A DNA stretch of 64,000 bases, from NCBI GenBank assembly GCA_016906335.1, contig JADEYG010000002.1, positions 1,302,001 to 1,366,000 of the forward strand. The letters are read 5' to 3'. The notes under the pieces were generated by a model. It ran no database searches. It saw only the letters and a program-made list of their open reading frames with translations, and had not been told where the DNA came from. Of the stretch, positions 35,882 to 48,532 are shown piece by piece. Position numbers and translations under genes: made by a program. Source of the stretch: Novakomyces olei (lineage: Eukaryota). The first letter of the stretch is position 1. Each line of letters begins with the position of its first letter.

Positions 35882-37293
35882 TAGCGGGCTGCTACATTCT
35901 ATCGCTTGTCGCCTCAATATACTAACTCACTCGGCGCTTTTGCCCCTGAACGCCAGAAGAATTCTAGATTGGGCGGCGGCACTGTACCTTATTGGCTCAG
36001 GTTTTTGGTGGAAAAAGTGTATACAGGTTTGCCGTCAAGTGCTGTAATGAGAAGCATTGCTCTGCACGATATAAACCTATGACATTATGTGCGAATAACT
36101 ATGTATACCCACGCATTTGTCACGATAAGCAATTGTTATTAGATTAAGAAATTTTTCTTTGTTATACTTCTATCCATATCCACTCTTGTGGGGGGAAGTA
36201 TTGCACTAAAAGTGTCTAGTATAGTCAGTATTGGCGTCTAGTAAGTCCAGTATTATATATAGTATCATACAATATCGCTTCTGGCCACAAGTCTGCGGGG
36301 GCCGACGCGCAGCGTGCAGCAGTATAATCATACTTGTGCTGCCGCATCACGCTTGCTTGGAGCAGTCCGATATTTGAATAGTTCAACGGTGTGATTGTAG
36401 AAGCAAGTTGAAAAGTCAACGAGTATAGTTTGGCGACTTTGGCTACTTTGGCAGTATTGAACAGTGTGGAAAGTTTAGAGGAAAAACAAAAGTTAGAGGG
36501 AAAAAAAAAACATAAAGCGAAAAATAGGATCAGGTCATGCTCAAGGATAATGTCGTGACGAGTATCACAACCATCCTGCCTTGGCCGGAACTCGCGAATA
36601 AATTGTCATATAAATAACATTATCGTTTTAATGAATTTGTTAAACAAAGCCGGCCAAGGCACTACTCTCGTTCAATAGAAAGAATAGATAGAACCCCCCC
36701 AAGTATTGGGGGGTATATTATTGCGACAAGTAGCGGATCTGGTTGGGGAGCACTGCATCGTACAGCGTATACCATACTTGATCTCTATCATAGTGTTTTT
36801 ACCGCATTCTACATGAAACCAAACGAGACATTACAGTGTTCTGAATACTGGACGCTTCATGTATCATCAGACTTCAACATACTATAATACGCGGCACAAA
36901 GAGAAGCTCTTCATACAAACCGCCAGGACAATGAAACCGCTGTCAAAACCCGCGTGTATTACATAACACGAACCCAATCCAGTTCTTAAAAGGTAAAGAA
37001 TAGTAAAGGTAAAAAAACGCAAAAGATAGAGGATAGTTAAAGATAGAGAATAGTAAAAGATAAGACTAGTAAAAGATAAACACTAGTAAAAGATAAAGAA
37101 AAGCAAAGTATAAGCGCATCTCGTATCACGGTATAATGCCGTTTATACTGCAAATACACCATTGTACAGGGTTTTCCTAGACTGATCTACATATTAAAGG
37201 AAAACACGAGTGCGGCCGCCATGGGAAAAGGATGAGCCATGTCGCGGTAGGTGAAGCTCTCGCAGTTTTCATTACCCGCACGGACATCTGCTT

Positions 37294-40200
37294 ATGTCAG
37301 AAAGTAATGTAGAGTCGGAGGCGCCTTTGGCGTCTCGCGACGACGGCGATTGCTTGCAAGGGAATACGTTAACAAACGGCCAGAGTTTTATGCAACTCAT
37401 AAATGCAGGTAATTCGCGACCTGACGTATGTACAGGCATACTTACTAATTGCAGCTTACGAAGCGAGTGATCCCGTGTCGCTAAATAATGCCCACTCTGA
37501 TTCTGATACGGGCCGGAGCGCCGACGAATCTGATGGCGAAGGTAGGAGATGCTTTTGGCGCTCTGACGAGATAGTATACATTCTAATAGTAACAGACAAA
37601 GATGGGTCGGAACCCTTGGCCACCCAACGCCAACGGACAAGATCTCGGTCCTCTACTCCTCGGCCACAGACCCAGAAACAGCTTACTCGGCCGAGTTCGT
37701 CACACAGATCTTTGTCAAAGCTGTTTGACATGGACGAAGATGAGACTATTCTTGCTGGTACGTCATCGCCTTAAAGACTAGTATTTCTGCTTTTCTCTTT
37801 TTCTGGTTTTATAACTATGCTTACTCTCTAGAATACCCTTGCTTTCTGACGCGCAACATCCTTATACAAGGACAAATATACGTGACGCAAGGACGCGTGT
37901 GCTTCTACGCGTACCTCCCCTTTGACGTAAACCTCACCTGCGCTTAATTCTGCAGTCAACTAATATAGCAGGATAAAATTGTAAAATCTGGATCACTCAC
38001 AAAGCTACGTTCGCGTAAATCGTTGCGATCTTCACAGCGTTTCTGGGTTTCCCTGACAGAGACGGCTCTTTATTATTATGCGGATGCGCTAAGCCCATAC
38101 TTCCCCCTGGGAAGTATTGACCTGCGTAATGTGCTATCCGTAAACTATTACTATGAAAGGAGCCAACCCCGTCGACGGTGGCTCGATAGTCTTCGTGGTG
38201 GACAGGAAGGCGAGAAAAGATCCAGATCGGCTGACACCGAACGCAAAAGCAATGATTTTGATGCCAACTTTGAAGAAGAGGAGCCTCCAGCAGCCTGTGA
38301 ATTTTCTATAACTACACAAAACAAGGTCCATCGTTTCCGAGCGGATTCTGCTACAGATGCGCGTGAATGGGCCAAGGCAATCGATAAACTTGTCTTTAGG
38401 CATATAAATCAGAGCGACAGTGTTAAAATATCCATTCCTCTAGCCAATATAATTGAGGCTGAATCCGTGGAAAGCGTCGAGTTTGCAAAGACCGTGCACA
38501 TTAAAGTATTTGATATTGACGAGACATATGCGATCGACGAATTTTATTTCGCTTTTCTTCACGATGGTGAAAGGTTTTATGAAATTCTGCAGCAGCAGAT
38601 GGCCGACGCAAGGGCCTTTGTGAAGCAGCTTGATGCGTCCAAGCCGTTTTATCTGCAAGACGAAGAAGACGAAACTGGCCACAAATCCTCGTCTGGCCAA
38701 GAGCAGCCAGGTGCAGAGTCCTGTTTTACCTCCCCGGAGCTTGTTGGAGAGTCAGAGTCTTCACAGGCGTTCTTGGAAGCCTTACGTACCGACCCGTCAT
38801 CACAACCATTGGACAATAGCGGTGACATTTTGGGTGATATTGATAGAGAAGGCGAAGGAGTTGTCGATGGCTCATCACTGCCTCGAAGGGTCAACCGACA
38901 GGTCAACAATTGGGTTCGTCGATCAGGAAAGTCTGTCAAGGGTTATCTGAGTCCTCTTGTCAGCAATTTGCCCTCTTTACTATCGCATGAAATGAAGCAG
39001 GGCGATGACCACTCAGAGAGCGCATTTACATCTGAGAACGAAGGCAAGCTAGAGTTTCACAAAATAGACCCTGTAGCAATTGAAGCCAGTCAGTTTCATG
39101 ACCTGGTTCCCGGTCCAGAGCAGTCTGCTAGAGCTCGTAATGAGCGACAGGCCAGATTTGACAGGGCAGCAAGGTTCCGTAAGCATTTTGCTCTACCTGA
39201 AACAGAGCAGCTCAAGAGCTTTTATGTAGGATTTTTCCTACGAATGCTCCCATTGTATGGACACATTTATCTGTCAGATCGGCATTTCTGTTTCCGTTCA
39301 ACTATGCCTGCCTCAGCAACACGCATAATAATCCCAATAGGCCAGATTGAATCGGCACAGCTCGAACGTGGGATGAGTCTTACTTTCTACGGACTCGTGC
39401 TTACAATCCGGGGGTACGAAGAATTATGGTTCGGGTTCACCACTGAGCGTGAACGTGATGATTGCATCCATATTATAAACTTTCTCCGCGACGCTTCAGC
39501 CCTCAGGGATCGTCATCTGGCTGAAACTTCTGCACCAGAACTGGATAATCTGATTACGAGACGAGCACAGAACACAAAGGAGAGGCCTTTGGATGAGCCG
39601 AAACGGTTAGCTGGAACGGCCCCTATTCAAAGTGATGATTCTGCGTTTCAAGGAGAAGAGGACGAGGATGAGCAGGAGGAAGAAGCGGTAGGAGAAGAAG
39701 AAGAAGAAGGAAAGGAGCAAAAAGACGCACCGACAAAATATTTGTCCAGAGTCAAATCCTTTTCAATAGGACAGACTGACCAGCGTGACACTGGAAAAAC
39801 CACAGATACTCGAAACAAACCTGTCGTCGGTGCTGACGAGTCTGAAACTGAACAGTTTATATTTGATTCGCCAGGAACGTCATTTGTAGCAGTCAAACCG
39901 GAAGAACCGATGCGAATCACTTGTTTAACGATCGGGTCTCGAGGCGATGTGCAGCCTTATATTGCTCTCTGCAAAGGGCTCATTGCCGATGGACACAGGG
40001 CTACGATTGCTACGCATGAAGAGTTTAGAGATTTTGTAGTGGGCCACGGAATCGATTTCCGTCCGATTGCCGGAGAGCCAGCAGAGTTGATGAGGATCTG
40101 TGTGGAACACGGGATGTTTACCTATTCATTTCTACGTGAAGCTTCGGCCAAGTTCCGCAAGTGGATCGATGGATTGCTCGAGACTTCGTGGCAGGCTTGC

Positions 40201-41802
40201 CAGGATACTGATTTGCTGATTGAATCTCCAAGTGCAATGGCTGGTATCCATGTGGCAGAAGCCCTTGATATTCCTTACTTTCGGGCTTTTACTATGCCCT
40301 GGACTCGAACCCGAGCGTACCCTCACGCGTTTGCTGTCCCAGATCATAAAATGGGCGGATCTTACAACTACTTGACCTATGTAATGTTTGACACATTCTT
40401 TTGGCGAGCAATTGCCGGCCAAGTAAACCGCTGGCGCCGGAAAACTTTGGGAATTGGAGACACGAATGCAACATTGCTGCAGCAGCATAGAGTGCCTTTT
40501 TTATACAATTTTTCTCCGACTGTTGTGCCACCGCCGCTGGACTGGGGCGAATGGGTTCATGTCAGTGGTTATTGGAAACTCGCAGACTCGAGCAATCGCC
40601 ATGGCGTTGCCTGGAAAGCTCCGGATAACATTACAGAGTTTATTCAGCGAGCAAGGGCAGATGGAAAGCCGCTTGTATACATTGGCTTTGGGTCTATTGT
40701 AGTCTCTGACTCGCAGGAGCTTTGCCGAACGATAACAAGTGCAGTTCAGCTGGCTGGGGTCCGTTGTATCCTCAGCAAGGGCTGGTCTGATCGATTGTCT
40801 GCTAAAAAGCAGGTCAAGCGGAGGAGCGGCGGGTCTTTTTTGCCCTCTTTTCTCACCGAAAGAGGCAATGAGAAGAGGAATGACGAGGCTAAGAACACTG
40901 ATATTGAGGGCAATATTGAGGGCAATATTGACAGCAATGTTGACAGCAATGCCATTGAAAAGCAAAAAGAATCTCTTAAAAAGGAATCTTTTGAAAGAGA
41001 CCCTAATGAAAAACAATCCAGGCCAAAAGACACGAGCTCAGATCCAGATAAAAATGGCAGTGGCGAGTTTGAATTCCCCCCAGAGATTCTCAGTGCAGGG
41101 CCGATTCCACACGAATGGCTTTTTCAGCGTGTTGATTTGGCTGTTCACCACGGCGGCGCTGGCACTACTGGTGCCTGTATATCCGCGGGAATACCGAGCA
41201 TTATTCGCCCCTTCTTTGGAGACCAGTTTTTCTGGGCCGACAGGGTCGAAGATTTAGGGATCGGAGTGCATTTGCGACGGCTGACTGCAAAGTTTCTTGC
41301 ACAGGCAATCACGGCTGTCTTGCTGGATAGAATTATGCAGCATCATGCTCGAGTTGTAGCGGAGCAGGTACAGAGGGAAGACGGAGTCGCGACGGCAATT
41401 AAACTACTCTATCGTGATCTTGAGTACGCGCGTATGCTTACACGGTCAAGGCGGAAGAGATCGAGGGCTCTTCCGCGGATAAAGAAAGAAGCAGGGTTTG
41501 CCGCAGAGAGTTTATTAGGTGAATTTCCGCCCAAAAAGGCAGCAAGTGGCGACAGGAGTGCCCATGATCGTGGAGAGCAGGTTGATTTGACTGAAGAACA
41601 AGTAATGGATCTGGACAGTATGCAGCCAGAGACTCAGCGACTATGGGCGCCCGCGATAGGCGGTACATTGTCACGCTTAACGGCGAGAAGGCCAGTCAAA
41701 AAGCAAGGGAAAGGACCAGAGACTGTGCCCTCTCCGGCCGGGAATAATCAGGCTTCCACGTCCGACGAGTCTTGGACTATGGTCGAAAGCAGTGGCGACT
41801 AG
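37294..41802 (+). CDS. atg26: Sterol 3-beta-glucosyltransferase (GRAM-PH-GRAM-glycosyltransferase), multi-exon 5' end
   Basis: PH-like YYYADALSPYFPLGSIDL, GRAM RFRKHFALP...YGHIYLS, GT TCLTIGSRGDVQPY, YIGFGSI, HHGGAGTTG, PFFGDQFFW. Confidence 0.93.
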
Positions 41803-42432
41803 CGTAGACTTTGACTTTGGTCAGAATTACAGAGGACTGTGTCGTTCGGTGTCCTGCTAACGCTTACTCGTTCGTATCTGGCTGCGCCGGCTTCATTTGT
41901 TGTTTTCGCTTTATTTTTAATTTAACGTTAAAGTCAGTTTATGCCTCTGGCTCTGACTATTAAATACTGCTTTTATTTGTTTTTTATTCATTTGACACTC
42001 CTGCCTCAAAGTACATTTTCAAAAGTCTTTGGAGCAGTTTCGTGTTACTTGGGATACCGCATGGTATCAGCTAGTTTAGTTTTATTTAATCAGTTTTATT
42101 TGTATCGATTTCTTTCTGTTTTTCTTATTTTCTGAATGTGCAAAATGGAGAATTGGGTCGGATAGGCTTGCGGTTTTGAGGGTTTCAGCGTTGGTCATAT
42201 TTGATTGTCTAGCAAATTTGTATATACATGAATTATGAATAGGTTGTGATGATGTTCCAAGGCCGTGTTAAGGGTATATACAATGCAATAGTAGATTGAA
42301 GCACATTCCAAATAGGTTCACGGGCCATTCCGTATGAAAAAAAAAAAGCAGATAAAATCCATAACAAGAAAAAGAGATAGAACCAAAATAAATCGACGAA
42401 TAATTGAAGTGACGAATAAATAAAGCAAGTAT

Positions 42433-43272
42433 CTATTGTAGATCGACAAGTTTCTCAATCTGTAGCCGATGATTTCCAACATACATGATAGGCACGCCTG
42501 GGATTTTGCGAATCCGTAACTTTAGATCCTTATCGTTTGTAGCAACAATATAGCACTTGTGCTGCATAACACGGGAAACGAGGCAATCGTCAGCATAAGT
42601 CCCCGAGTGGGAACAAGAAATTCTTTGAAATTTAGGATCACGTGCAATCCGGAGGGCGACACGGTAGCGATGGCCGAGTTTTTCCAGCTCTGCCATTACA
42701 CAGTCTGTAATGCACGGGATGGCTTTCGCGTAGAGGCAGTCCATCATACCTCGTATGATATCGATTTTGTTGCGAATGCAGAAATTGATAAAATTTGTAT
42801 CGATCAACACTTGATAAGGCGGGCCAAGTGCAGTGTTGTACTGGAAGAAGAGCGATGAGTCGACTTGGGGACTACAAGTAAGATTTTGCTTGAATGATGA
42901 TAGAGCAATCATAAAAGAACAGTGGGAAAAGATAAGAAGAGAAAATAGGAACTGAAAAGTTGGCAATCTAGAAAGGAGAGAATAAAGTGGAGTCAGAAAA
43001 ACAGGACAAAAAGAAAATTGCCAATTTAGATAATAAATTTGGGCCAATCTATATCAAAATCAAATCGCTCATAATGGCAAACGTACATTTCACGGACGAT
43101 ATCGCCATTCTTGGTTGTTGCAGCCTTTTGACGGTCGTTGCGAATCTTTTCCTGTTCTTTTGCTTTCCTGCACTCGTCAGCTTTATATAATAAAATCAGC
43201 ATACAGCCGGGCATCGCTTGGGTTAACCATGCGCTTGACCGAAAATTTACGGGTCTTTTTCGCTTTGCCCAT
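42433..43272 (-). CDS. fcf1: rRNA-processing PIN nuclease Fcf1/Utp24, 3 exons
   Basis: [10 protein letters not shown]...; [39 protein letters not shown]. Confidence 0.96.
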
Positions 43273-44301
43273 ACTGTAACACTTGACGGCACCGAGTCAA
43301 ACACGCCTGCAAACCGGGAATTGCTCTCGTTCGAATAATAATAATTAATTAATTAATTATAAAATTGGAAATAAAATTTATACTCTCGACAGATATGTAT
43401 ATTTAAATATATATTAAATATATGTATATTTACATAAAGTATTCTGTGGACGAGAAAAATAGGGACAAAAATTTTACACTCGCCTACACTGAACAAGCGT
43501 GTCTGCCAAGGCCGACGAGGCAGCAGAACAATGCCCAGAACCTAAAATGGCGGCACAGCCTTAAAGATCGCACTTCGTCGCAGCCATACCGCCACAATGT
43601 TCCTGTTGTTTGGCGCAATTTATACGCGACGGGGTTAAGGTCGGAGTATCTTCCCCAATACATTTTCTAAATGTTTGCTCGAGAGGAGCCTTGGCCGAAT
43701 GGCTTTGCAGTGGCATCAGAAAGCAAAGGCAGTGTCTGCTTTAATGTATTAATTATATTTGCAGGTGCTGCCGTGGGAGGCTACTGCGGGGATGAGCATA
43801 CACGATATTATTATTGATTTATGCTTTTAGTGCAATGTGCGATGGCAGCCTGTGCCGCTGCTAACTCGATTCCGACTACTCTTAAGTACTGTGCCGTCTG
43901 TTTCCTCAGAATTATTTTTATTTATTTTTTTGAGGAACGTTTGGCGTCTGGGCAAGGACGCTGCTGCCGGCCCGGGCGCGCTTGATCCCTGTAGACGAGC
44001 AGAGGGCCGAGGATTTATGGGAGAGTAAGTATTTTGCCGAGTGACCGAGAATTGAATTGAATTGAATTCTGCTCGAGCTCACGGCTTCTAGTTCCAGCTG
44101 ATATTGCTATATGGAGTCTGAGAAAGCCGTAAACGTCTTTACCAGATCTAGTTTGTGTATTGTATTCTATCGAGTTTGTGATTTGGGCCAAGTTTAAAAA
44201 TGTCGAAAATAGTTTGAAAGTATCGATCCACTTGCGTAGAGTTTGTTGAGTAAATTGGAAAGCAGGTTCATTTCCAAGAGCCTTAAAACAATCTTTAGCA
44301 T

Positions 44302-44350
44302 GCCGACTGTGACGCCGACTGTGACGCCGACTGTGACGCCGACTGTGACG
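44302..44350. repeat. 12-bp tandem repeat (GCCGACTGTGAC) x4
   Basis: Read directly; the junctions create TGACG motifs. Confidence 0.92.
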
Positions 44351-45860
44351 GCTGGCCGCTGCTTACATACAATAACGGTCCTGCCTTCCGGATCAATGCA
44401 TACGTGCTTTTCTGCCGGTTTTAGAGATTACAATACTCGTATTCTGCACCTTTTATGCACCTTTTTTGACGTCGCTAGACCGTGAGTGACGGGCTATGGT
44501 AAATTTACTCTGCAAACATAGTGCTCTGCAAAGTATCTATCTATTTAACCCAAACACCGGCGAGACACGAGACTCGCGTTCTCAACGCAAATCAGACTTT
44601 TCTTCAAGATAACATTGTTGCGCAGTAAGCGTTGTGGATTCCGCGCACGCGATATTGACAGAGGCGCCAAGACTGACGTCAGCTGTCTGGCACATAAACA
44701 ACCGAGGCCCAATCGCCGAGCTCGAAGCTACGTAACATTTGGGAGACATCAATTAGCACAGCAATACGTAATACGCCAACGGCCATGAATAAGCGCGTGC
44801 AGATCGCAATGATCGACCCGGCGTGGCTTTTTCATGATATCATGTAGGCCTCTATGATTTAATATGTTTGACAAATATATTACATAATCCTTATCGAAGA
44901 TTGGAAAGAGTAGAGAATCGAAATCTAATCGGATCGAATCTTTATAGAAATTACATACAAGCGTGCGGCTTGTAAAAAATTCTCCACAAACTCTGGCATT
45001 GCCCCAAATTAAGTGCGATAGAATCAATCAACTCCTTCGCTCTTCGACTGTAACGCAAGCTAAATCTCAAAAAATTCAAATTTAAAAGCTTTGCATTGAA
45101 AAGGTCAAGATGTAGAAAAGATTAGCTTTGAAATAATGTGCACGGTTTCCTCCTATCCTACATATACACAATATACGAAGTAAAGCAAGACAAAGTAATG
45201 GCTCAACAATTACTTGTGGTTCAAGGGTGGCAAGTATAGCCGGCACGGCTATACTTGTCTCTCTCCGCCCACTTCGCCCCACGCTTTCCATACTTTTCCC
45301 GTTCCGTAAGCGTTTGCTCACTGTCCCGTTCCGTGTTTTCTTTCCCGTTTTTCATTCATTTTCTCGGCTATCAAGAATGAGACTTTTCTACTGCGTTTTA
45401 TTCACGTCTCTACCCGTTTTCGATCGGTCGCGCCTGTCTGATCCGTGTGTCAAAAATAGCGAAACCGAAATCGGGATATCTCTTTTGTCTCTCCTTCCCG
45501 TTCTTTTTCTTTTCTCTCCCTTTTTTTTTAGCCTTCTTTTCTCTCTTCTTTTAGCCTTCTTTCTATCTTTCTTTTTTTAGCCTTCTTTTATCTTTCTTTC
45601 CGTCTCACCCCATATATTACTATGTCTCCTGCAATGCGGGGCGCGCTGAACCCAAAAGACATAAAAGGCGGCTGTGTCGCCTGTCTCTTCCATCTCTCTC
45701 CCCACATTTCACTCACAAACTCCTTCACTCACCCACTCGTCTATTCAATTCTCCCCCTCTCAACCGCCTCTTTTCACTTTCGAGTCGTGTTCAATTCCTA
45801 TTACCTGACAACTATACATTAATCCCTTTTAAAAAAAATTTTCTCCTCGAAATCCGCACA

Positions 45861-47219
45861 ATGGTTCTTTTACGCGCTTCTCGTGTGTGCAATTTACGTG
45901 CTGCTTTAAACAGCACTGCAAAACTGCGTACACCATCGGCTTTGCGGCCGTCTGTAGTGCCGAGTCTCGGCACTAGCCGGTTTTATTCGCCCATCAGCGG
46001 AGACGTGGACGCTCCCGTTTCCCAGGAAATAATTGGCGAGTCGTCGAATATAGAGCCGCCTGAGATGCTCGATACTCCGACGGAACGGGTTTTCGTGTCC
46101 CCCTCGCGGTACGTCCAAGGCCCCTTTATTCTGAGACGCGCTGGCCGGTTTATCAGCAAAGTGGCCAAAGAGCGAGTGGCTATCATCTCGGACACGTTTG
46201 TATGGAACCTGGCGGGCAAAGAGCTCAAGCGTTCCCTCCTGGCCGCCGGCTACAAGGACGTCTTCCACGTCGAGTTTAATGGGGAAGCGTCGTTTACGGA
46301 GATTGCAAGAATAGCCGATCTTACAAACTCGAGCATTCCTGGTTGTGAGGCAATTATCGGCATTGGTGGCGGAAAGACTATGGACACGTCCAAAGCCGTT
46401 GCTGATCGAATGGCTATCCGCAATGTTATTATCCCAACTACAGCGAGCACTGATGCGCCAACTGCCGCCGTCTCCGTTATCTACAATGACAAGGGCATCT
46501 TTGAGCAGTACAAGTTCTATGACCGCAATCCGGACATGGTGATGGTCGATACTGATCTGCTGTGCAAGGCGCCCTCCCGGTTTCTGTCCTCGGGCATTGC
46601 CGATGCTCTGGCCACGTGGGTCGAGGCCTCAGCGGCTATCCGTGGCGACTCAATCAATATGGCGGGCGGCCGTAGCACTCTTGTCGGAGCCGCTATTGGC
46701 CAGCGATGTGAGGAAACCCTGTTCAAATATGCCCTGCTCGGTCTCGAATCCAACAGGGCTAATGTCGTTACTCCAGCTTTTGAAGCCATCGTTGAAGCCA
46801 ACACGCTCATGTCTGGACTCGGATTCGAGTCTGGTGGCCTCGGCGTTGCTCATGCAGTCCACAATGGCTTTACCGCCTTACACGGACCTGTGCACTCTTT
46901 GCTCCATGGAGAAAAGGTGGCTTTTGGTGTAATTGTACAATTGCTACTGGAGAACAAGCCGCGGGAAGAGCTGGAGCGCTATATCCAGTTCCTGATTGAC
47001 ATTGATCTGCCTACTACGCTGGAAGAAGTGCACTTGAAGGACGTGCCGGACGAGCAGCTTATGGCTGTGGCTAAAACTGCCGTGAAGGAGAACGAGAGTT
47101 CTCACAACATGCCGTACAAGGTCACGGCCATGATGGTGTTTGATGCCATCAAGGGAGCTGATATGTACGCGCGCATGTACAAGCAGCGCAAGGGAATTAC
47201 TAAAAAGTTTGGCTATTAA
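45861..47219 (+). CDS. gld1: NAD-dependent glycerol dehydrogenase (GldA-type) with a mitochondrial presequence-like N-terminus
   Basis: SPSRYVQG, FNGEAS, GGGKTMD, PTTASTDAP, SGIADALATW.E, LGFESGGL..AHAVHNG, HGEKVAFG; intronless. Confidence 0.93.
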   Translation: MVLLRASRVCNLRAALNSTAKLRTPSALRPSVVPSLGTSRFYSPISGDVDAPVSQEIIGESSNIEPPEMLDTPTERVFVSPSRYVQGPFILRRAGRFISKVAKERVAIISDTFVWNLAGKELKRSLLAAGYKDVFHVEFNGEASFTEIARIADLTNSSIPGCEAIIGIGGGKTMDTSKAVADRMAIRNVIIPTTASTDAPTAAVSVIYNDKGIFEQYKFYDRNPDMVMVDTDLLCKAPSRFLSSGIADALATWVEASAAIRGDSINMAGGRSTLVGAAIGQRCEETLFKYALLGLESNRANVVTPAFEAIVEANTLMSGLGFESGGLGVAHAVHNGFTALHGPVHSLLHGEKVAFGVIVQLLLENKPREELERYIQFLIDIDLPTTLEEVHLKDVPDEQLMAVAKTAVKENESSHNMPYKVTAMMVFDAIKGADMYARMYKQRKGITKKFGY

Positions 47220-48457
47220 ATTCGCACCAGATCGATCGATAGCCTTGATCTCTAGATACCCCACACTGTATTGATTAGTGTTTGCTCCTGTTTTTTCAGC
47301 TCAGCCTTGGTCATAGGAAATATGTACACGAGTACACATATAATATTAATAATTTCATACCTATATATACACACGTTTATACACACAATTGCAATAAAAG
47401 TACGGCTTGAAGATTTGTCTTGGCCATTTAGTCTAAAATAAAATCAGCTTTTTGGAGAATTATTCTGTATTCTTGGTTCAATGAATAATATAAACTTACG
47501 TCTGTTTGGCTTCAACTATAGTTCTCAAATTTATACTTTTGGTTATATAACGTTTATTTGTCAGATATTTATGTATTAATCAATTCAATAATTCTTAATA
47601 TTGGTTTTAATATTAGTTTTTATGAATACTCGAACAAGCTGAATTCTTTTAGATTAAATCCTCATAATAAGTGTACAATATCATTACGTGACGAGACTAG
47701 TCACTTTTCAAGTGGTGTTGTTTTTGTGTATAAAACAAAAGCGCAGGGAGAGGCGGTTACAACGGTTTGGAGGAACCGAATGATTAATAGCATTGTATAT
47801 ATAGCAGTTGAATTGACCCTAATTTAGCTCAAGGTGTACATGTCTGTAATAATTCCATATGATCTTTTATAACCATTATCATTATTATTATACAATTCAT
47901 TGTGAGAGACGGGCTCGTTAGCGCGACCGATTGGCTAGAGGCTCTAAATTTACATTCATATCTCGGTATTGCAGAAAGAAATACATTATAAATCGAGATA
48001 CGTTTGTATCCGATGGATTCAAGGCAACTAAAAAACAACAGAAACTATGTAACCTATCTGACAAACAATAGTATGAAAGTATAACAGTGATTATGCAACC
48101 GTCGTTATGAAGAAAGGCAGGCGTCACAAACACAGATCGCCCTCGTATTTCACACCAGACTGCTCGATCCGTTTCAAAAGACACACAACGTTTCAAAAGA
48201 CACACAACGGTATCTAGCTTGATTCTTTAAATAATAAATATTTCTCCATGAAACTTAAGATGCCTCCACCACGATCCCCTTTGCTCTCCTTGTCCAAGGA
48301 GAACTCACTAATAACTTTGAACCTCGCTTTCCTACTCTTCTTTTTTTTTTTTTTTTTCTTGTGCTTTCTTTTTTTATATTTAAAAAAATTTAAATGAAAA
48401 AAAAAAACAACAACATTTTATCTATTTCTCTCCTTCCAGACCCGTCTACCAGTAGGC

Positions 48458-48532
48458 AGCCTACCAGGTAGTATTGAGCCTACCAGGTAGTATTGAGCCT
48501 ACCAGTAGTATTGAGCCTACCAGGTAGTATTG
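48458..48532. repeat. 19-bp tandem repeat (AGCCTACCAGGTAGTATTG) x4 spanning the fks1 stop codon
   Basis: Read directly; one copy has a 1-nt deletion. Confidence 0.92.
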
